From Candidatus Uhrbacteria bacterium RIFOXYC2_FULL_47_19 (GTDB lineage Bacteria > Patescibacteriota > Patescibacteriia > SG8-24), in contig MGFG01000010.1 in assembly GCA_001791745.1 (NCBI GenBank), forward strand, positions 3,351 through 67,350: a stretch of DNA of 64,000 nt, given 5' to 3'. Positions within the stretch are counted from its first letter, which is position 1, and each line of letters opens with the position of its first letter. The notes under the pieces are model-generated. The model ran no database searches. It had not been told where the DNA came from and saw nothing but the letters and a program-made list of their open reading frames with translations. Position numbers and translations under genes: made by a program. Shown piece by piece: positions 27,814-38,677 of the stretch.

Positions 27814-30309
27814 TCAAATCTTTTCACTCTTACGTTTAACAAACATCTTCTTATTTCCCCTCTCCCGCTTCAACCGTTCCTCAAACTTTCGCAATCGCAT
27901 CGACGTCTTGAGTACTGTGTCCGGATTGAGTGAAATACTGTCGATTCCTTCTCGCACCAAAAACTCGGCAAACTCTGGATAGTCTGATGGAGCCTGACCG
28001 CAAATGCCAATCTTGACACTCTTCTGCTTAGCAGTCCGGATCACCGAACGAATCGACTCTAGTACAGCCGAATTGCGTTCATTGTATAGATGACTAACTA
28101 ACTCCGAATCACGATCCACTCCCAAGGTTAGCTGAGTCAAATCGTTTGAGCCGATACTAAACCCATCAAATACTTCAGCAAACTTATCGGCCAAAATAAT
28201 ATTTGATGGTATCTCGATCATGACAAAAACCCGTAATCCATTTTTACCACGCCGCAATCCAGCTTTGGCCATAGTCTTAAGGACCTGCTTACCCTCCTCC
28301 GGCGTCCGACAAAAAGGAATCATTATCACCACATTCGTAAGTCCCATAACCTCCCGAACTCGTCGAAAAGCCTCGCATTCGAGTAGGAAGGCTGGCTCGT
28401 ACTTCGGATCGTAGTAACGGGATGCACCACGCCAACCGATCATCGGATTAGACTCTTCTGGTTCGAAGGTCCGTCCACCGATCAACCCAGCATACTCGTT
28501 AGACTTGAAATCCGAAGATCGGACAATTACATCATTAGGCCAAAACGCCGCCGCTAGTCGACCAATACCCTCAGCTAACCGACTAATGAAAAATTCCTCG
28601 CGACCGTCATAAGCCAGAGTCAACTCATCAACAGCCCGACGATCCTTAGTCCCTAGTCGGTCATAATGGAGCAGAGCCAACGGATGAGCCTTGATGAAGT
28701 TGGTGAAAATGAATTCGGTCCGAGCTAGACCAACGCCGGCATTCGGAATGAAAGAAAACTCGAAGGCTAAGTCCGGTTCGCCGACGTTCATCATGACCTG
28801 TGTTTGTGGTTTCTTGAAACCACGCAGTTTAGTTCGCTTTACTTCGAATGGCAGCAAGCCGGCGTAGATCCGCCCATCCTCACCCTCAGCACAAGAAACC
28901 GTCACTTCCTGACCGTTCTTCAGCGTCGAAGTAGCACCGCTCACACCGACCACCGCCGGCGTTCCCAACTCTCTAGAAACGATCGCTGCATGGCAAGTTC
29001 GACCACCACTCTCAGTGATGATCGCCGATGCCCTCTTCATAATCGGCACCCAATCCGGATCGGTCATCTCGGTCACCAGCACCTCGCCAGTCTGAAACTT
29101 CGACATATCGCTGGCACTCCTAACAATCCTAACCTTGCCTTGTCCGATCCTGAAACCGACCGACAATCCACTGGCTAAGACTTGTCCAGATTCTTTGAGC
29201 CGGTACTCCTCCAGGGTGTTGGGATCGCGCTCGGACTGCACTGTCTCTGGCCTGGCCTGCACAATGTACAACTCTCCAGTCTGACCATCCTTGGCCCACT
29301 CGATATCCATCGGTTGGTCATGTCCGACCAGACGTGAATAATACTGTTCGATCGTCACTCCCCATTTGGCCAATTGCAAAACTTCATCGTCGGTCAAACA
29401 GAACAATCGCCGCTTCTTAACTGGAACCGAAACTTCCCGCACTGGTGAATCACTCTTGGTCGCATACTCGATCCTGGTTTCCTTGTCACCAATATCTTTG
29501 CCAACAATTGGTCGCTTGCCTTCTAAAAGCGGCGGTTTAAAAACAAAGTATTGGTCGGGATTAATCTTACCCTGCACCACACTCTCACCTAATCCGTAAG
29601 CAGCATTAATCAATACCACATCACGAAAACCACTCTCAGTATCGACGGTAAACATTACGCCAGCCGAAGCCAAATCAGAACGAATCATCTTCTGCACACC
29701 AACCGATAACGCAACTTTGAGGTGATCAAAACCCTTCTCTTGTCGATAAGCAATAGCCCGATTAGTAAACAACGAGGCAAAACAACGACGTATTGCATCA
29801 ATAAGTGCCGTCTCACCATGCACGTTCAAGAAAGTCTCCTGCTGTCCGGCAAAAGATGCTCCAGGTAAATCTTCGGCTGTGGCTGACGAACGAACTGCTA
29901 CATCGCAATTGTCCATACCATACTTGGTCGACAATTTACGATAAGCAGACAAAATATATTTAGTTAAGTCAGCTGGTACTTCAGCCTGTAAAACCATCTT
30001 ACGTACCAGCTCCCCACGCTTGGCTAATTCTTTCACATCGGTCGCATCTAGACCCTTCAGTGCAACAGCAATTTTGTCGCGCAGACCAGCTCCGTCAATA
30101 AAATGCCAGTAAGCATCGGAACCCACAGCAAAACCGTCCGGTACCCTAACCCCGCGCCGAGACAAATGACGAAACATCTCCCCTAGAGAAGCATTCTTAC
30201 CACCAACTAATCCCACGTCACCCATATCCAGTTTGCCGAACGGATACACGAACCGACCTAACGATCGTTGCCTCTTCCCTCGATTACGTCCCCTCTCTTT
30301 TTTTGTCAT
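27814..30309 (-). CDS. ppsA: Phosphoenolpyruvate synthase
   Basis: GGKNASLGEM, GGRTCHAAIVSRELG, FSIGSNDLTQ. Confidence 0.97.
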   Translation of the reverse strand: MTKKERGRNRGKRQRSLGRFVYPFGKLDMGDVGLVGGKNASLGEMFRHLSRRGVRVPDGFAVGSDAYWHFIDGAGLRDKIAVALKGLDATDVKELAKRGELVRKMVLQAEVPADLTKYILSAYRKLSTKYGMDNCDVAVRSSATAEDLPGASFAGQQETFLNVHGETALIDAIRRCFASLFTNRAIAYRQEKGFDHLKVALSVGVQKMIRSDLASAGVMFTVDTESGFRDVVLINAAYGLGESVVQGKINPDQYFVFKPPLLEGKRPIVGKDIGDKETRIEYATKSDSPVREVSVPVKKRRLFCLTDDEVLQLAKWGVTIEQYYSRLVGHDQPMDIEWAKDGQTGELYIVQARPETVQSERDPNTLEEYRLKESGQVLASGLSVGFRIGQGKVRIVRSASDMSKFQTGEVLVTEMTDPDWVPIMKRASAIITESGGRTCHAAIVSRELGTPAVVGVSGATSTLKNGQEVTVSCAEGEDGRIYAGLLPFEVKRTKLRGFKKPQTQVMMNVGEPDLAFEFSFIPNAGVGLARTEFIFTNFIKAHPLALLHYDRLGTKDRRAVDELTLAYDGREEFFISRLAEGIGRLAAAFWPNDVIVRSSDFKSNEYAGLIGGRTFEPEESNPMIGWRGASRYYDPKYEPAFLLECEAFRRVREVMGLTNVVIMIPFCRTPEEGKQVLKTMAKAGLRRGKNGLRVFVMIEIPSNIILADKFAEVFDGFSIGSNDLTQLTLGVDRDSELVSHLYNERNSAVLESIRSVIRTAKQKSVKIGICGQAPSDYPEFAEFLVREGIDSISLNPDTVLKTSMRLRKFEERLKRERGNKKMFVKRKSEKI

Positions 30310-31748
30310 ACAGTTCTAATCTCGACCAAATTAATGTTCCCCGAAACACCGACCGGCTCGCCAGCTACAACAATAATCTTATCGCCGGTTCGGACCATCT
30401 TCTCCTTTTTCAAATATCCGAGAGAACGATCTACCAGCTCCTCAACTGTACTGCAATGTGGTAATAGAAATGGTCTTACTCCCCAAGATAGATTCATTTG
30501 GTTTCTAACTCGATCGTTTGGAACAGCTACAACGATCGGCATCTCTGGCCGATAACGACTAACAATACGTCCGGTTTCACCAGACAACGAGGCAGCCAAA
30601 ATCAATTTGGCTTCTATATTCCTAGCCAACATATTAGCCACTTCAGATACAGCTTGATCTGTATCCTGATGCGGAAACGGCCGACCAATTTCTATGTCGT
30701 CGTAATCCGACTTCTCGGTCTCGCAAATAATTCTGGACATCGTCTCTACAGACTCCAATGGATACTTACCACTAGCTGATTCACCGGACAACATAACCGC
30801 ATCAGTGTGATCAATGACCGCATTAGCTACATCCGACACCTCAGCCCGCGTTGGACGAGGATTCCTAATCATCGAATCAAGCATTTGGGTCGCAACAATA
30901 ACCGGCTTAGCGGCTTCCAAACACAAATCAATAATCCTCTTTTGAATGAGTGGCACCTCCTCCGCCGGCATTTCGATACCTAAATCACCACGCGCAATCA
31001 TAATCCCATCCGCCGCCTCAATAATCTCGGCGATGTTTTTAATGGCTTCGTGTTTTTCAATCTTAGCGATAATCCGAACTGACGGATCTGCACTTGAGGC
31101 CTTACCGTTCTTCCGCTCCAATTCCTTAATCATGTAACGAAGGTCGTAAATCTCTTTGGCATTACGCACGAACGACAACGCTACCCAATCAACCTTCTGA
31201 GTGACACCGAACACAACATCCTCACGATCCTTATCAGTAATGGCTGGTATCGATAAAGTGGCAGTCGGTAAATTAATACCCTTATGTGAAGTCAAAACTC
31301 CGCCAGTCACAACCAAACAAGCAATGTCGCGACCACTGACTCCAGTCACCTTGATATCCATCAAACCATCATCTAAAAGCAACCGATCACCAAGCTTCAC
31401 GTCACCATGCAATCCATCATAGGTCACACCAATACGATCAGCACCATGATCCGGATCGGTTGTAAGTATAATCTGCTTACCAGGCTCTAGTGTTATTCCA
31501 TCTTCAGGTAAATCACCCACTCTAACTTTGGGTCCTTGTAAATCTTGAATAATAGCAATCGGCTCTTGGGTTTCTTCGGCCATTCGACGTATGGAGCTAA
31601 TCAGATTCGCATGATCACTGTGACTCCCATGAGAAAAATTCAACCGAGCGACATTCATTCCAGCCCGGACCATTTTCGAAATCATTTCTGGATCCATCGA
31701 TGATGGACCGATAGTACAAATTATCTTAGTGTGCTTTTTCTGCCGCAT
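30306..31748 (-). CDS. pyk: Pyruvate kinase
   Basis: TKIICTIGP, ARLNFSHG, IARGDLG, PTRAEVSDVAN. Confidence 0.97.
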   Translation of the reverse strand: MRQKKHTKIICTIGPSSMDPEMISKMVRAGMNVARLNFSHGSHSDHANLISSIRRMAEETQEPIAIIQDLQGPKVRVGDLPEDGITLEPGKQIILTTDPDHGADRIGVTYDGLHGDVKLGDRLLLDDGLMDIKVTGVSGRDIACLVVTGGVLTSHKGINLPTATLSIPAITDKDREDVVFGVTQKVDWVALSFVRNAKEIYDLRYMIKELERKNGKASSADPSVRIIAKIEKHEAIKNIAEIIEAADGIMIARGDLGIEMPAEEVPLIQKRIIDLCLEAAKPVIVATQMLDSMIRNPRPTRAEVSDVANAVIDHTDAVMLSGESASGKYPLESVETMSRIICETEKSDYDDIEIGRPFPHQDTDQAVSEVANMLARNIEAKLILAASLSGETGRIVSRYRPEMPIVVAVPNDRVRNQMNLSWGVRPFLLPHCSTVEELVDRSLGYLKKEKMVRTGDKIIVVAGEPVGVSGNINLVEIRTV

Positions 31749-31866
31749 ATTACGTAAACCGAATTCGATATTAATACTCAAAAGATAACAAAAATGAGCC
31801 CTTTGGCCCAATTATTCGACGGTTGATATGTATAAAAATGAACAGTGGGTTATTAATCTTAAAACT

Positions 31867-32355
31867 CTACTTCTGAGTTTTCGATAACTTCTTTTTTAAA
31901 CTACTTCGTTTAACTAATCTGTTTAGCTCTTCACGAAAATTTTCTACATCTTCGAACGATCTATAAACTGAGGCAAACCGGATATAAGCAACCGAATCAA
32001 ACTGACGTAAATGCTGCATGACAATCTCACCAATTTCACTACTCATCACTTCACTCCGACGCAAACGCTGGATGTCACGTTCAATCAAACCTAACAACGA
32101 ACGAAATCCATCCGTCTCGCAAGTTCGTTTCTCCAGAGCCCTCCTAAGACCCGACTCTAGTTTACCGCGTAGATAGGGTTCCTTGCGTCCGTCACTCTTT
32201 ACAACCGAAAGATCGAGTAATTCAACACCCTCAACGGTCGAAAAACGAAAGTCACATTTAACACACTCGCGTCGACGCCTCACAGATACACCATCCGAAG
32301 AAACCCGCGAGTCTATTACTCTGGTTTCGTTGTTGGAGCAAACCAGACATTTCAT
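31867..32355 (-). CDS. nrdR: Transcriptional repressor NrdR
   Basis: Zn ribbon, RRRREC, AYIRFASVY. Confidence 0.96.
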   Translation of the reverse strand: MKCLVCSNNETRVIDSRVSSDGVSVRRRRECVKCDFRFSTVEGVELLDLSVVKSDGRKEPYLRGKLESGLRRALEKRTCETDGFRSLLGLIERDIQRLRRSEVMSSEIGEIVMQHLRQFDSVAYIRFASVYRSFEDVENFREELNRLVKRSSLKKKLSKTQK

Positions 32356-32369
32356 CTGACTAACAGCTA

Positions 32370-33647
32370 CTATGGCATCTTTCGCCTAATAAACGCTGGT
32401 ATTTCTAAATCTTCTTCTCCTTCAGTTGCATTGGCAGCCACCGGTTGACGGTCATTTTCCTCATCGTCTTCTTTAGCTTGTAACGGACGCCTAACAAAAG
32501 AACTAAGACCATCAGACGAACCTCTCAAACCGATACCATTCTCAACAGAGACTTCTGTGTCATCTTCCGAGAGATCTTCAATGATTTGATTTCTTCGAAT
32601 CGCCGACCTCTCCACAACCACCTCTCGAGATGATGTGAACTTCTCCGAAGAGAATGGGTTGGCTTCCTTACTATTCTTAGATTTATCGGAACGATCAGCA
32701 TCGAAACCAGTAGCAATCACACAAACCTTAACTTCGTCTTTCAAATTCTCATCTATGACTGCGCCGAAAATCACCTTGGCCTCTGGATCGGCACTACCAG
32801 TTATTACTCTGGAAGCTTCATCAAATTCATGCATGGATAGATCAACACCACCAGTGATAGTAAACAGAATACCTTTAGCTCCCTCAATCGACATCTCAAG
32901 TAACGGACTAGAGATGGCTTGTTTAGCCGCAGTAATAACTCGATTCTCACCAGTGGCTACACCAATACCCATCAAAGCCGAACCAGTATTTTGCATGATC
33001 GCTTTCACATCGGCAAAATCAACGTTAACTAATCCAGGAACAGTAATAATTTCTGAAATACTTTGAACACCTTGGCGCAAAATATCATCTACTGTTTCGA
33101 ATGCATTAATTAACGAGGTCTTCTTGTCGATAACCGAAAGTACTCGGTCGTTTGGTATGGCTATTATGGTGTCAACCTGAGCGGCTAGATTTTCAAAAGC
33201 TCGCTCAGAAATATTTTTTCTCTGAACACCTTCGAAAGAAAACGGTCTTGTCACCACAGCCACGGTCAGTGCACCACAGTCGCGAGCTATTTCAGCAATA
33301 GTTGGCGATGCACCACTACCAGTTCCACCACCTAAACCACAAGTTATAAAAACCATATCAGCACCATTCAACGCTTCACGAATTTCATCCTGATTCTCCT
33401 CAGCTGACTGCTTACCAATATCCGGATTCATTCCAGCGCCTAACCCACGCGTCACCGATTTACCAAGTTGTATTTTCTTAGGGGCGACGGAATTATGTAG
33501 AGCCTGAACATCAGTGTTAGCGACAATAAATTCAACACCCTTAATTTTCGACCTAATCATTCGATTGATGGCCGAACCACCCGAACCACCAACACCAATC
33601 ACCTTTATCTTGGCGAACGATTCGATTGCTGGTTTTATTTCTGCCAT
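32370..33647 (-). CDS. ftsZ: Cell division protein FtsZ
   Basis: GGGTGSG, NVDFAD, C-terminal LEIPAFIRR. Confidence 0.98.
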   Translation of the reverse strand: MAEIKPAIESFAKIKVIGVGGSGGSAINRMIRSKIKGVEFIVANTDVQALHNSVAPKKIQLGKSVTRGLGAGMNPDIGKQSAEENQDEIREALNGADMVFITCGLGGGTGSGASPTIAEIARDCGALTVAVVTRPFSFEGVQRKNISERAFENLAAQVDTIIAIPNDRVLSVIDKKTSLINAFETVDDILRQGVQSISEIITVPGLVNVDFADVKAIMQNTGSALMGIGVATGENRVITAAKQAISSPLLEMSIEGAKGILFTITGGVDLSMHEFDEASRVITGSADPEAKVIFGAVIDENLKDEVKVCVIATGFDADRSDKSKNSKEANPFSSEKFTSSREVVVERSAIRRNQIIEDLSEDDTEVSVENGIGLRGSSDGLSSFVRRPLQAKEDDEENDRQPVAANATEGEEDLEIPAFIRRKMP

Positions 33648-33891
33648 AGACTTGTGATTAACGGTGGTCTCGGTGCCTAAACTACGGCACCAAACAAGAC
33701 CTCCCCCTAAATCTCTAAAATATAAAGTAAGAGTATGGGAGAAACGAGTTAGTCGTCAAGCAATTTTTAACTAAAAATGAACAAAAAAGGTGTTCGTTGT
33801 CCTCAACTGGTGAACAATAATGCTTCTTTAGTAAAAAACAAAACCGATGCTTGTAGCACCAGTTCATAAAACAACCTATTAATTATCGTGC

Positions 33892-35142
33892 CTAAGAGGT
33901 CTGACCGAACAATTTCTTGATTCCCTTAGAAACCATGTCCACCGGTCGGTAACGAGCAAATAATCCACCCCGTCTGGTGTCAGGTGGTAGATCATTAATT
34001 CCCCACTGCACCAATCCAATCGCTGTTGAGAAGGATAAATCGTTAACTCGATCGGTAATACTAGTCATCCCGACCGGATACCCCAAAGATACCGGCAGGC
34101 GTAGTTTTTCCTTAGCTAGTTCAACCAACCCCGGCAACTTCGCGCCACCACCAGTCAACACAACCCCGGCTGGTAATAAACCACTTCTGTTGATGATTTT
34201 TAATTCCTTATCGATCTTCTCCAAAATTTCCTCACATCTAGCCTCGACAATCTGGGAAACATACCGCAATGAAACCTCCTCACTATCCTGAATACCCAAT
34301 TCTTTCAAGTCAATCGAATCACCTTTACCGAAACTCTTTGGTGTAGCTGATGCGTGCTGTAATTTAACCCGTTCAGCAACATCAATTGAAGTTCGTAAAC
34401 CAATAGCAATATCAGCCGTAACATGATCGGAACCCAGAGGGATCATTCCGATATGCAGCAGATCTCCGTGTTCAAAAACCGCCAGGTTTGTTGAGGCACC
34501 ACCTATATTAACAACCGCTACTCCAAGCTCCTTTTGACGAGAAGTTGCAACCACTTCAGCTGCAGCCAGGGAGCCTAATACTAACTTCTCAATATTAACA
34601 CCAGTGCGATAGACACACTTAGTCAAATTTTTAATATGCGAGGAAAGACCTTGAATGATCTGTGTACTAACCTCCAATCTAATGCCCGACATACCTACTG
34701 GATCCCTAACATCAGTCTGCCCATCGACAGCAAAAGATTTAGGAATAACGTGAATGATCTCGTAATTAACTGGAGTTGCTACGGTCTGTGCTGCATCAAC
34801 CGCTCGTTCCACATCTTCATCTCTAATCTCCCCATCTGGACGAGAGACAGCCACTACTCCCTTACTCTCCAACATACTTACATGATGACCAGAAACAGAA
34901 ATCCAAGCCGAACCAAAAGGCAAACCAGTCACTCGCTCAACTTTCTCAATGCAAGCAGAAACAGAAGATACAGCATCCTCAATTGAATTGATGATGCCGC
35001 GATTGATGCCCTCAGACACAGTTTCGGCCGCACCAATAATGTGGACCTGTCCCCGGTCAGAGTTTGGCATCTTCTGGCCGACCGCAATTCTAACTGCAGT
35101 CGAACCTATATCTATGCCTGCAAATAATGAGTCGTCCGCCAT
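33892..35142 (-). CDS. ftsA: Cell division protein FtsA
   Basis: GIDIGST, DPVGMSGIRLEV, LTGGGAKL. Confidence 0.97.
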   Translation of the reverse strand: MADDSLFAGIDIGSTAVRIAVGQKMPNSDRGQVHIIGAAETVSEGINRGIINSIEDAVSSVSACIEKVERVTGLPFGSAWISVSGHHVSMLESKGVVAVSRPDGEIRDEDVERAVDAAQTVATPVNYEIIHVIPKSFAVDGQTDVRDPVGMSGIRLEVSTQIIQGLSSHIKNLTKCVYRTGVNIEKLVLGSLAAAEVVATSRQKELGVAVVNIGGASTNLAVFEHGDLLHIGMIPLGSDHVTADIAIGLRTSIDVAERVKLQHASATPKSFGKGDSIDLKELGIQDSEEVSLRYVSQIVEARCEEILEKIDKELKIINRSGLLPAGVVLTGGGAKLPGLVELAKEKLRLPVSLGYPVGMTSITDRVNDLSFSTAIGLVQWGINDLPPDTRRGGLFARYRPVDMVSKGIKKLFGQTS

Positions 35143-35160
35143 AATATCTAACGTAGTACC

Positions 35161-35535
35161 TTAACCGAAAAGCTCGTTCGCTAGATGTGGCCAAAGTATT
35201 AGTAAACCCACTAGGATCGCGGCTACGGAAGCTAATAGAACCGTCCCAGCCATAATATCCTTAACCTCCTGTACATGCATGTGTACCCTAGGTTTAAGCA
35301 AATCGGCCACCCGTTCAAAAATACTGTTCATCAATTCTAGCACGAGAATAAAAGCTATCGCAAGCGTCAAAATAGCTCTTTCTAAGCCACTCAGATCGAA
35401 AAAAAACATGGCTACAATCACCAAAAGACCAACCGTCATCTGCAAACGAAAATTCTGTTCCTCGTGTAGTACGCGACGTAGACCGGAAAAAGCGAATGAG
35501 AAACTTTTTTTGAGTTGTCTTGAACTGAATCTCAT
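35161..35535 (-). CDS. dgkA: Diacylglycerol/undecaprenol kinase family protein
   Basis: SFSFAFSGL, EQNF, ELMNSIFE, KDIMAG. Confidence 0.9.
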   Translation of the reverse strand: MRFSSRQLKKSFSFAFSGLRRVLHEEQNFRLQMTVGLLVIVAMFFFDLSGLERAILTLAIAFILVLELMNSIFERVADLLKPRVHMHVQEVKDIMAGTVLLASVAAILVGLLILWPHLANELFG

Positions 35536-35999
35536 GGATGAAAAATAATTCTTTGTGACATTAAAATCTTGTGCTGCAGGCTGAACATCTCATCTTCCTG
35601 CCGCTTCATGACATGATCGTAATCCATTAGGTGTAGGACACCATGAACCACCATAATTAAAAATTCATCCGCAATCGTTCGACCAATCTCTTTAGCCTGC
35701 CGACTTACCTGTGGTCCAGAAATGACTATCTCACCCAAGAGCCTACGACTAGTATCATTATCTGTCTCTGGCCAATTATCCTCTCCAGTACCATAAGTGA
35801 AAGATAATACGTCAGTTGTTTTCTTAACACCACGATGTCTTAAATTTAACCCCTTCATGATTTGATCGTCGACAATCGAAAACGATACATGAACATTTCC
35901 AAAACCACCTGCTTGCTTGAAGGTTGCAGCAGCTAATTTTCGTATCAAATCGGCAGTAACCCCCCGCGGCGGTCGCCCAAATAGATCTATGGTCAACAT
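35532..35999 (-). CDS. ybeY: rRNA maturation endoribonuclease YbeY
   Basis: TDVLSF; HGVLHLMDYDH. Confidence 0.95.
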   Translation of the reverse strand: MLTIDLFGRPPRGVTADLIRKLAAATFKQAGGFGNVHVSFSIVDDQIMKGLNLRHRGVKKTTDVLSFTYGTGEDNWPETDNDTSRRLLGEIVISGPQVSRQAKEIGRTIADEFLIMVVHGVLHLMDYDHVMKRQEDEMFSLQHKILMSQRIIFHP

Positions 36000-36069
36000 A
36001 TAGCACCAGCTTACTCCCCGCCCGCGTACCTATCCAGCCACAAACAAAAAATTAGAATTAATCCTAATC

Positions 36070-37320
36070 TCAATCTGAAGACCCTGAAACGGGAAATGAT
36101 GGACCTGTTTCTGGCACGGTTTCAATTGATGGACGTGGTTTAGTAATGAAGGTTAGACTGTTAGCCATCACAGACAACGTCACTCGATAGCGTACCTCAA
36201 GCTGTCCCTCTAGCTCGTAACGCAGTAAGGCAACATTCATACCATCAGATATCAACACTGTTCGACGATCCGACATGGTCACCTGCTCATAACCGTGACG
36301 ATTAATCGATCGTCCAGCCTGACCAACCGCCGATACCCCACCAACTGGAGCTGATCGAAGCCAATCATCCAGTGTTGTTTCCGATTGCTTGGTGAACAAA
36401 GTTATCTTAAACGTCTCACCAGTTGATGAAGAAAAGCGTACTGACTGTTCGGCTGGTAAATCGCTCTTACCCCAGGCTGTGGGGTAAAAAATTTCAATTC
36501 CGTAATCCACGTTTCGATAGGTAGAAATTCCTGGATTGTCACCCAAACGAGCTGGTTCCTTTTTGGCTGGATCAAATAGGTTAAGCACCTCATTTAAATC
36601 AACAAAACTATCACCATCACTATTGGAAATATTTGGATCGCTACCATAAATAATGGTCTCTTCGGCATCGGTCAATCCATCACTGTCGGTATCGACAGAC
36701 GGTACTGGCTCAGGAGGTCGGCAATCACTACGACAAGAATCATAGCTCTCACCTCGGTCAATCTCACATTTACCGTCGCCACACTCTACCGCCGGTTGAC
36801 AGTCAGATGGGCAAGACTCAGTGGTCTCATCTCCATTACACTGTTTATCTCCACAAATAGCATCGGGTTGTCGACAATCTGATGGACAAGAAAGATAGCT
36901 CTCTGAACTTTCACAGCTACCATCACCACAAACTGGTGAAGGTGGTTCGCAATCGTTCGGACAAGCCGCGAAACTCTCACCTGACTCACAAAGATTATTC
37001 CCACAGACTGACTTTGGACTAGAAAAAAACAAGAAATAAACTGCCACTCCTAGAGCAATAACCAAAATCGCAACCATGGCGATGATCGCTATAGTGAAAT
37101 TTCCACTTGTCTTGTTGGCTGTTTTCTCAGTTGATGTGTCTGTAGTCGTCGAAATTGCAGGTACTGGTGAGCTAACTGCCTCCAATCGTGGTTTAGCAGC
37201 AGCTCCATAGAATTCCTCTGGCATGACAAAAATCTCCGGCTCTTCAGTGCTAGGTGTTGAAACAGGTGTAGTACCAGAAGGCCTATCTAATCCGGCTAAA
37301 TTTTTTTGTTCATCAGCCAT
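36070..37320 (-). CDS. Membrane-anchored surface protein with CGDGxC repeats and DxDxDG Ca-binding motifs
   Basis: TM; four CG..C..E...CP.DC units; DTDSDGLTDAEE; PsbP-like C-terminal region. Confidence 0.8.
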   Translation of the reverse strand: MADEQKNLAGLDRPSGTTPVSTPSTEEPEIFVMPEEFYGAAAKPRLEAVSSPVPAISTTTDTSTEKTANKTSGNFTIAIIAMVAILVIALGVAVYFLFFSSPKSVCGNNLCESGESFAACPNDCEPPSPVCGDGSCESSESYLSCPSDCRQPDAICGDKQCNGDETTESCPSDCQPAVECGDGKCEIDRGESYDSCRSDCRPPEPVPSVDTDSDGLTDAEETIIYGSDPNISNSDGDSFVDLNEVLNLFDPAKKEPARLGDNPGISTYRNVDYGIEIFYPTAWGKSDLPAEQSVRFSSSTGETFKITLFTKQSETTLDDWLRSAPVGGVSAVGQAGRSINRHGYEQVTMSDRRTVLISDGMNVALLRYELEGQLEVRYRVTLSVMANSLTFITKPRPSIETVPETGPSFPVSGSSD

Positions 37321-37343
37321 AGGACCTCTCAAATAATCCTTAA

Positions 37344-38111
37344 CTACTGAGGCAAATTAAACAGTTTCCCAGGACCGTTAGGATCGTAACCGGCTCGTAC
37401 TTCTTCGCCATCAATGTAACTGTCACCATCAGAATCCGGATTGGTCGGATCGGTTGAGTACTGTCGTAGTTCTTCTCGATCAGTCAGTCCATCAGCGTCA
37501 GTATCGGCTATTTGTGGATTAGTGCCGAGGGTAGCTTCTTCTATATCACTCAAACCATCACCATCCGTGTCGATCGGCTGATTCGCTGGCTCTGGCGGCA
37601 TGACCGGTTCATTGGGTGTAGCCTGACAATCAGAGGGACAATCCAGACTACCTTCATCGGCCTGACAAATACCATCGCCACAAGCAGATGGAATCAACGG
37701 ACAATCAGTTGGACAAGAAAACTTATCTTCGTCTAAATCACAAGTTCCATTACCACAAAGTGACCGATTCTCCGGTTCTGGAATCTGAACGTCAATCGCT
37801 GAGTTGGAATCATTCAAATTAGGGTCAGCCAGCTCATTCCCGACTGGAACCGCTCCATCACCTCTCAGAATGAAATACCAAACTGCACCACCGACCGCAC
37901 CAATCAACAATAAAAAGATAACGACAAAAAGAATCTTTGATGGACCTCTTGATGCCGCGGCATCGATCTGCGGAATTATACCCGACACTGGTGTCGGTGA
38001 AGTCCCGGCTGGTAGTGGGGATCCACTCACGACTGGCGGAACCATTCCGCCTTCCTTGGCTGGTTCTACTTCCGAAAAAATGTCGACTGGTTCGTTTTGT
38101 TCTTCGAACAT
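37344..38111 (-). CDS. Membrane-anchored Cys-rich/DxDxDG repeat protein
   Basis: TM; two CG.G.C units; three [13 protein letters not shown] repeats. Confidence 0.8.
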   Translation of the reverse strand: MFEEQNEPVDIFSEVEPAKEGGMVPPVVSGSPLPAGTSPTPVSGIIPQIDAAASRGPSKILFVVIFLLLIGAVGGAVWYFILRGDGAVPVGNELADPNLNDSNSAIDVQIPEPENRSLCGNGTCDLDEDKFSCPTDCPLIPSACGDGICQADEGSLDCPSDCQATPNEPVMPPEPANQPIDTDGDGLSDIEEATLGTNPQIADTDADGLTDREELRQYSTDPTNPDSDGDSYIDGEEVRAGYDPNGPGKLFNLPQ

Positions 38112-38146
38112 ATGAATACGTTTTTGATTACCCTGCGGTAGGAAGA

Positions 38147-38671
38147 TTATCTTTCCATGCCCAAACCAGAGAAGGCCTCCTCATTACCATCCTCGTCAGT
38201 ACCTCGCACCCTAAAAGAGTAGTTACCATCACTCAAACCGACGACTAGTAGACGATGGTCGGTAAGTAACTGAGAGTCTGAGACTGAACCTAATTCGTAA
38301 CTCTCACTGATGCCATAATCGACACCTGAAGTCATAGGCTTGGACGTTTTCCAAGTAACCTCGACCTGACTATCGGATAAATTAGTCAGATAGATATCGC
38401 TAAACGAGCCAAAATCGACACAGTCTGACCAACAAATATCAACCGATTCGGATTCGACACAAATTCCATCGCCGCAAATCGCCCTGTTTCCCTTTGCTGG
38501 TTCACCATTACCAGCCTCGGTATCTTCATTAATAATCGCAATCTGACCAGTGGTCTGACCCTGAGTATTGGTAGCTGATTGTCGATTACGCAAAACAGCA
38601 AACACAGCCATACCAATAGCCAAAATTACCGCTGCACCTAACACCACCAAAATTAGATTCTTATTATTCAT
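38147..38671 (-). CDS. Small anchored protein with Cys motif and FN3-like domain
   Basis: TM; CGDGIC; VTWKT...V.YG...H.L.V.GL...Y.FRV. Confidence 0.75.
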   Translation of the reverse strand: MNNKNLILVVLGAAVILAIGMAVFAVLRNRQSATNTQGQTTGQIAIINEDTEAGNGEPAKGNRAICGDGICVESESVDICWSDCVDFGSFSDIYLTNLSDSQVEVTWKTSKPMTSGVDYGISESYELGSVSDSQLLTDHRLLVVGLSDGNYSFRVRGTDEDGNEEAFSGLGMER

Positions 38672-38677
38672 AAGTGA

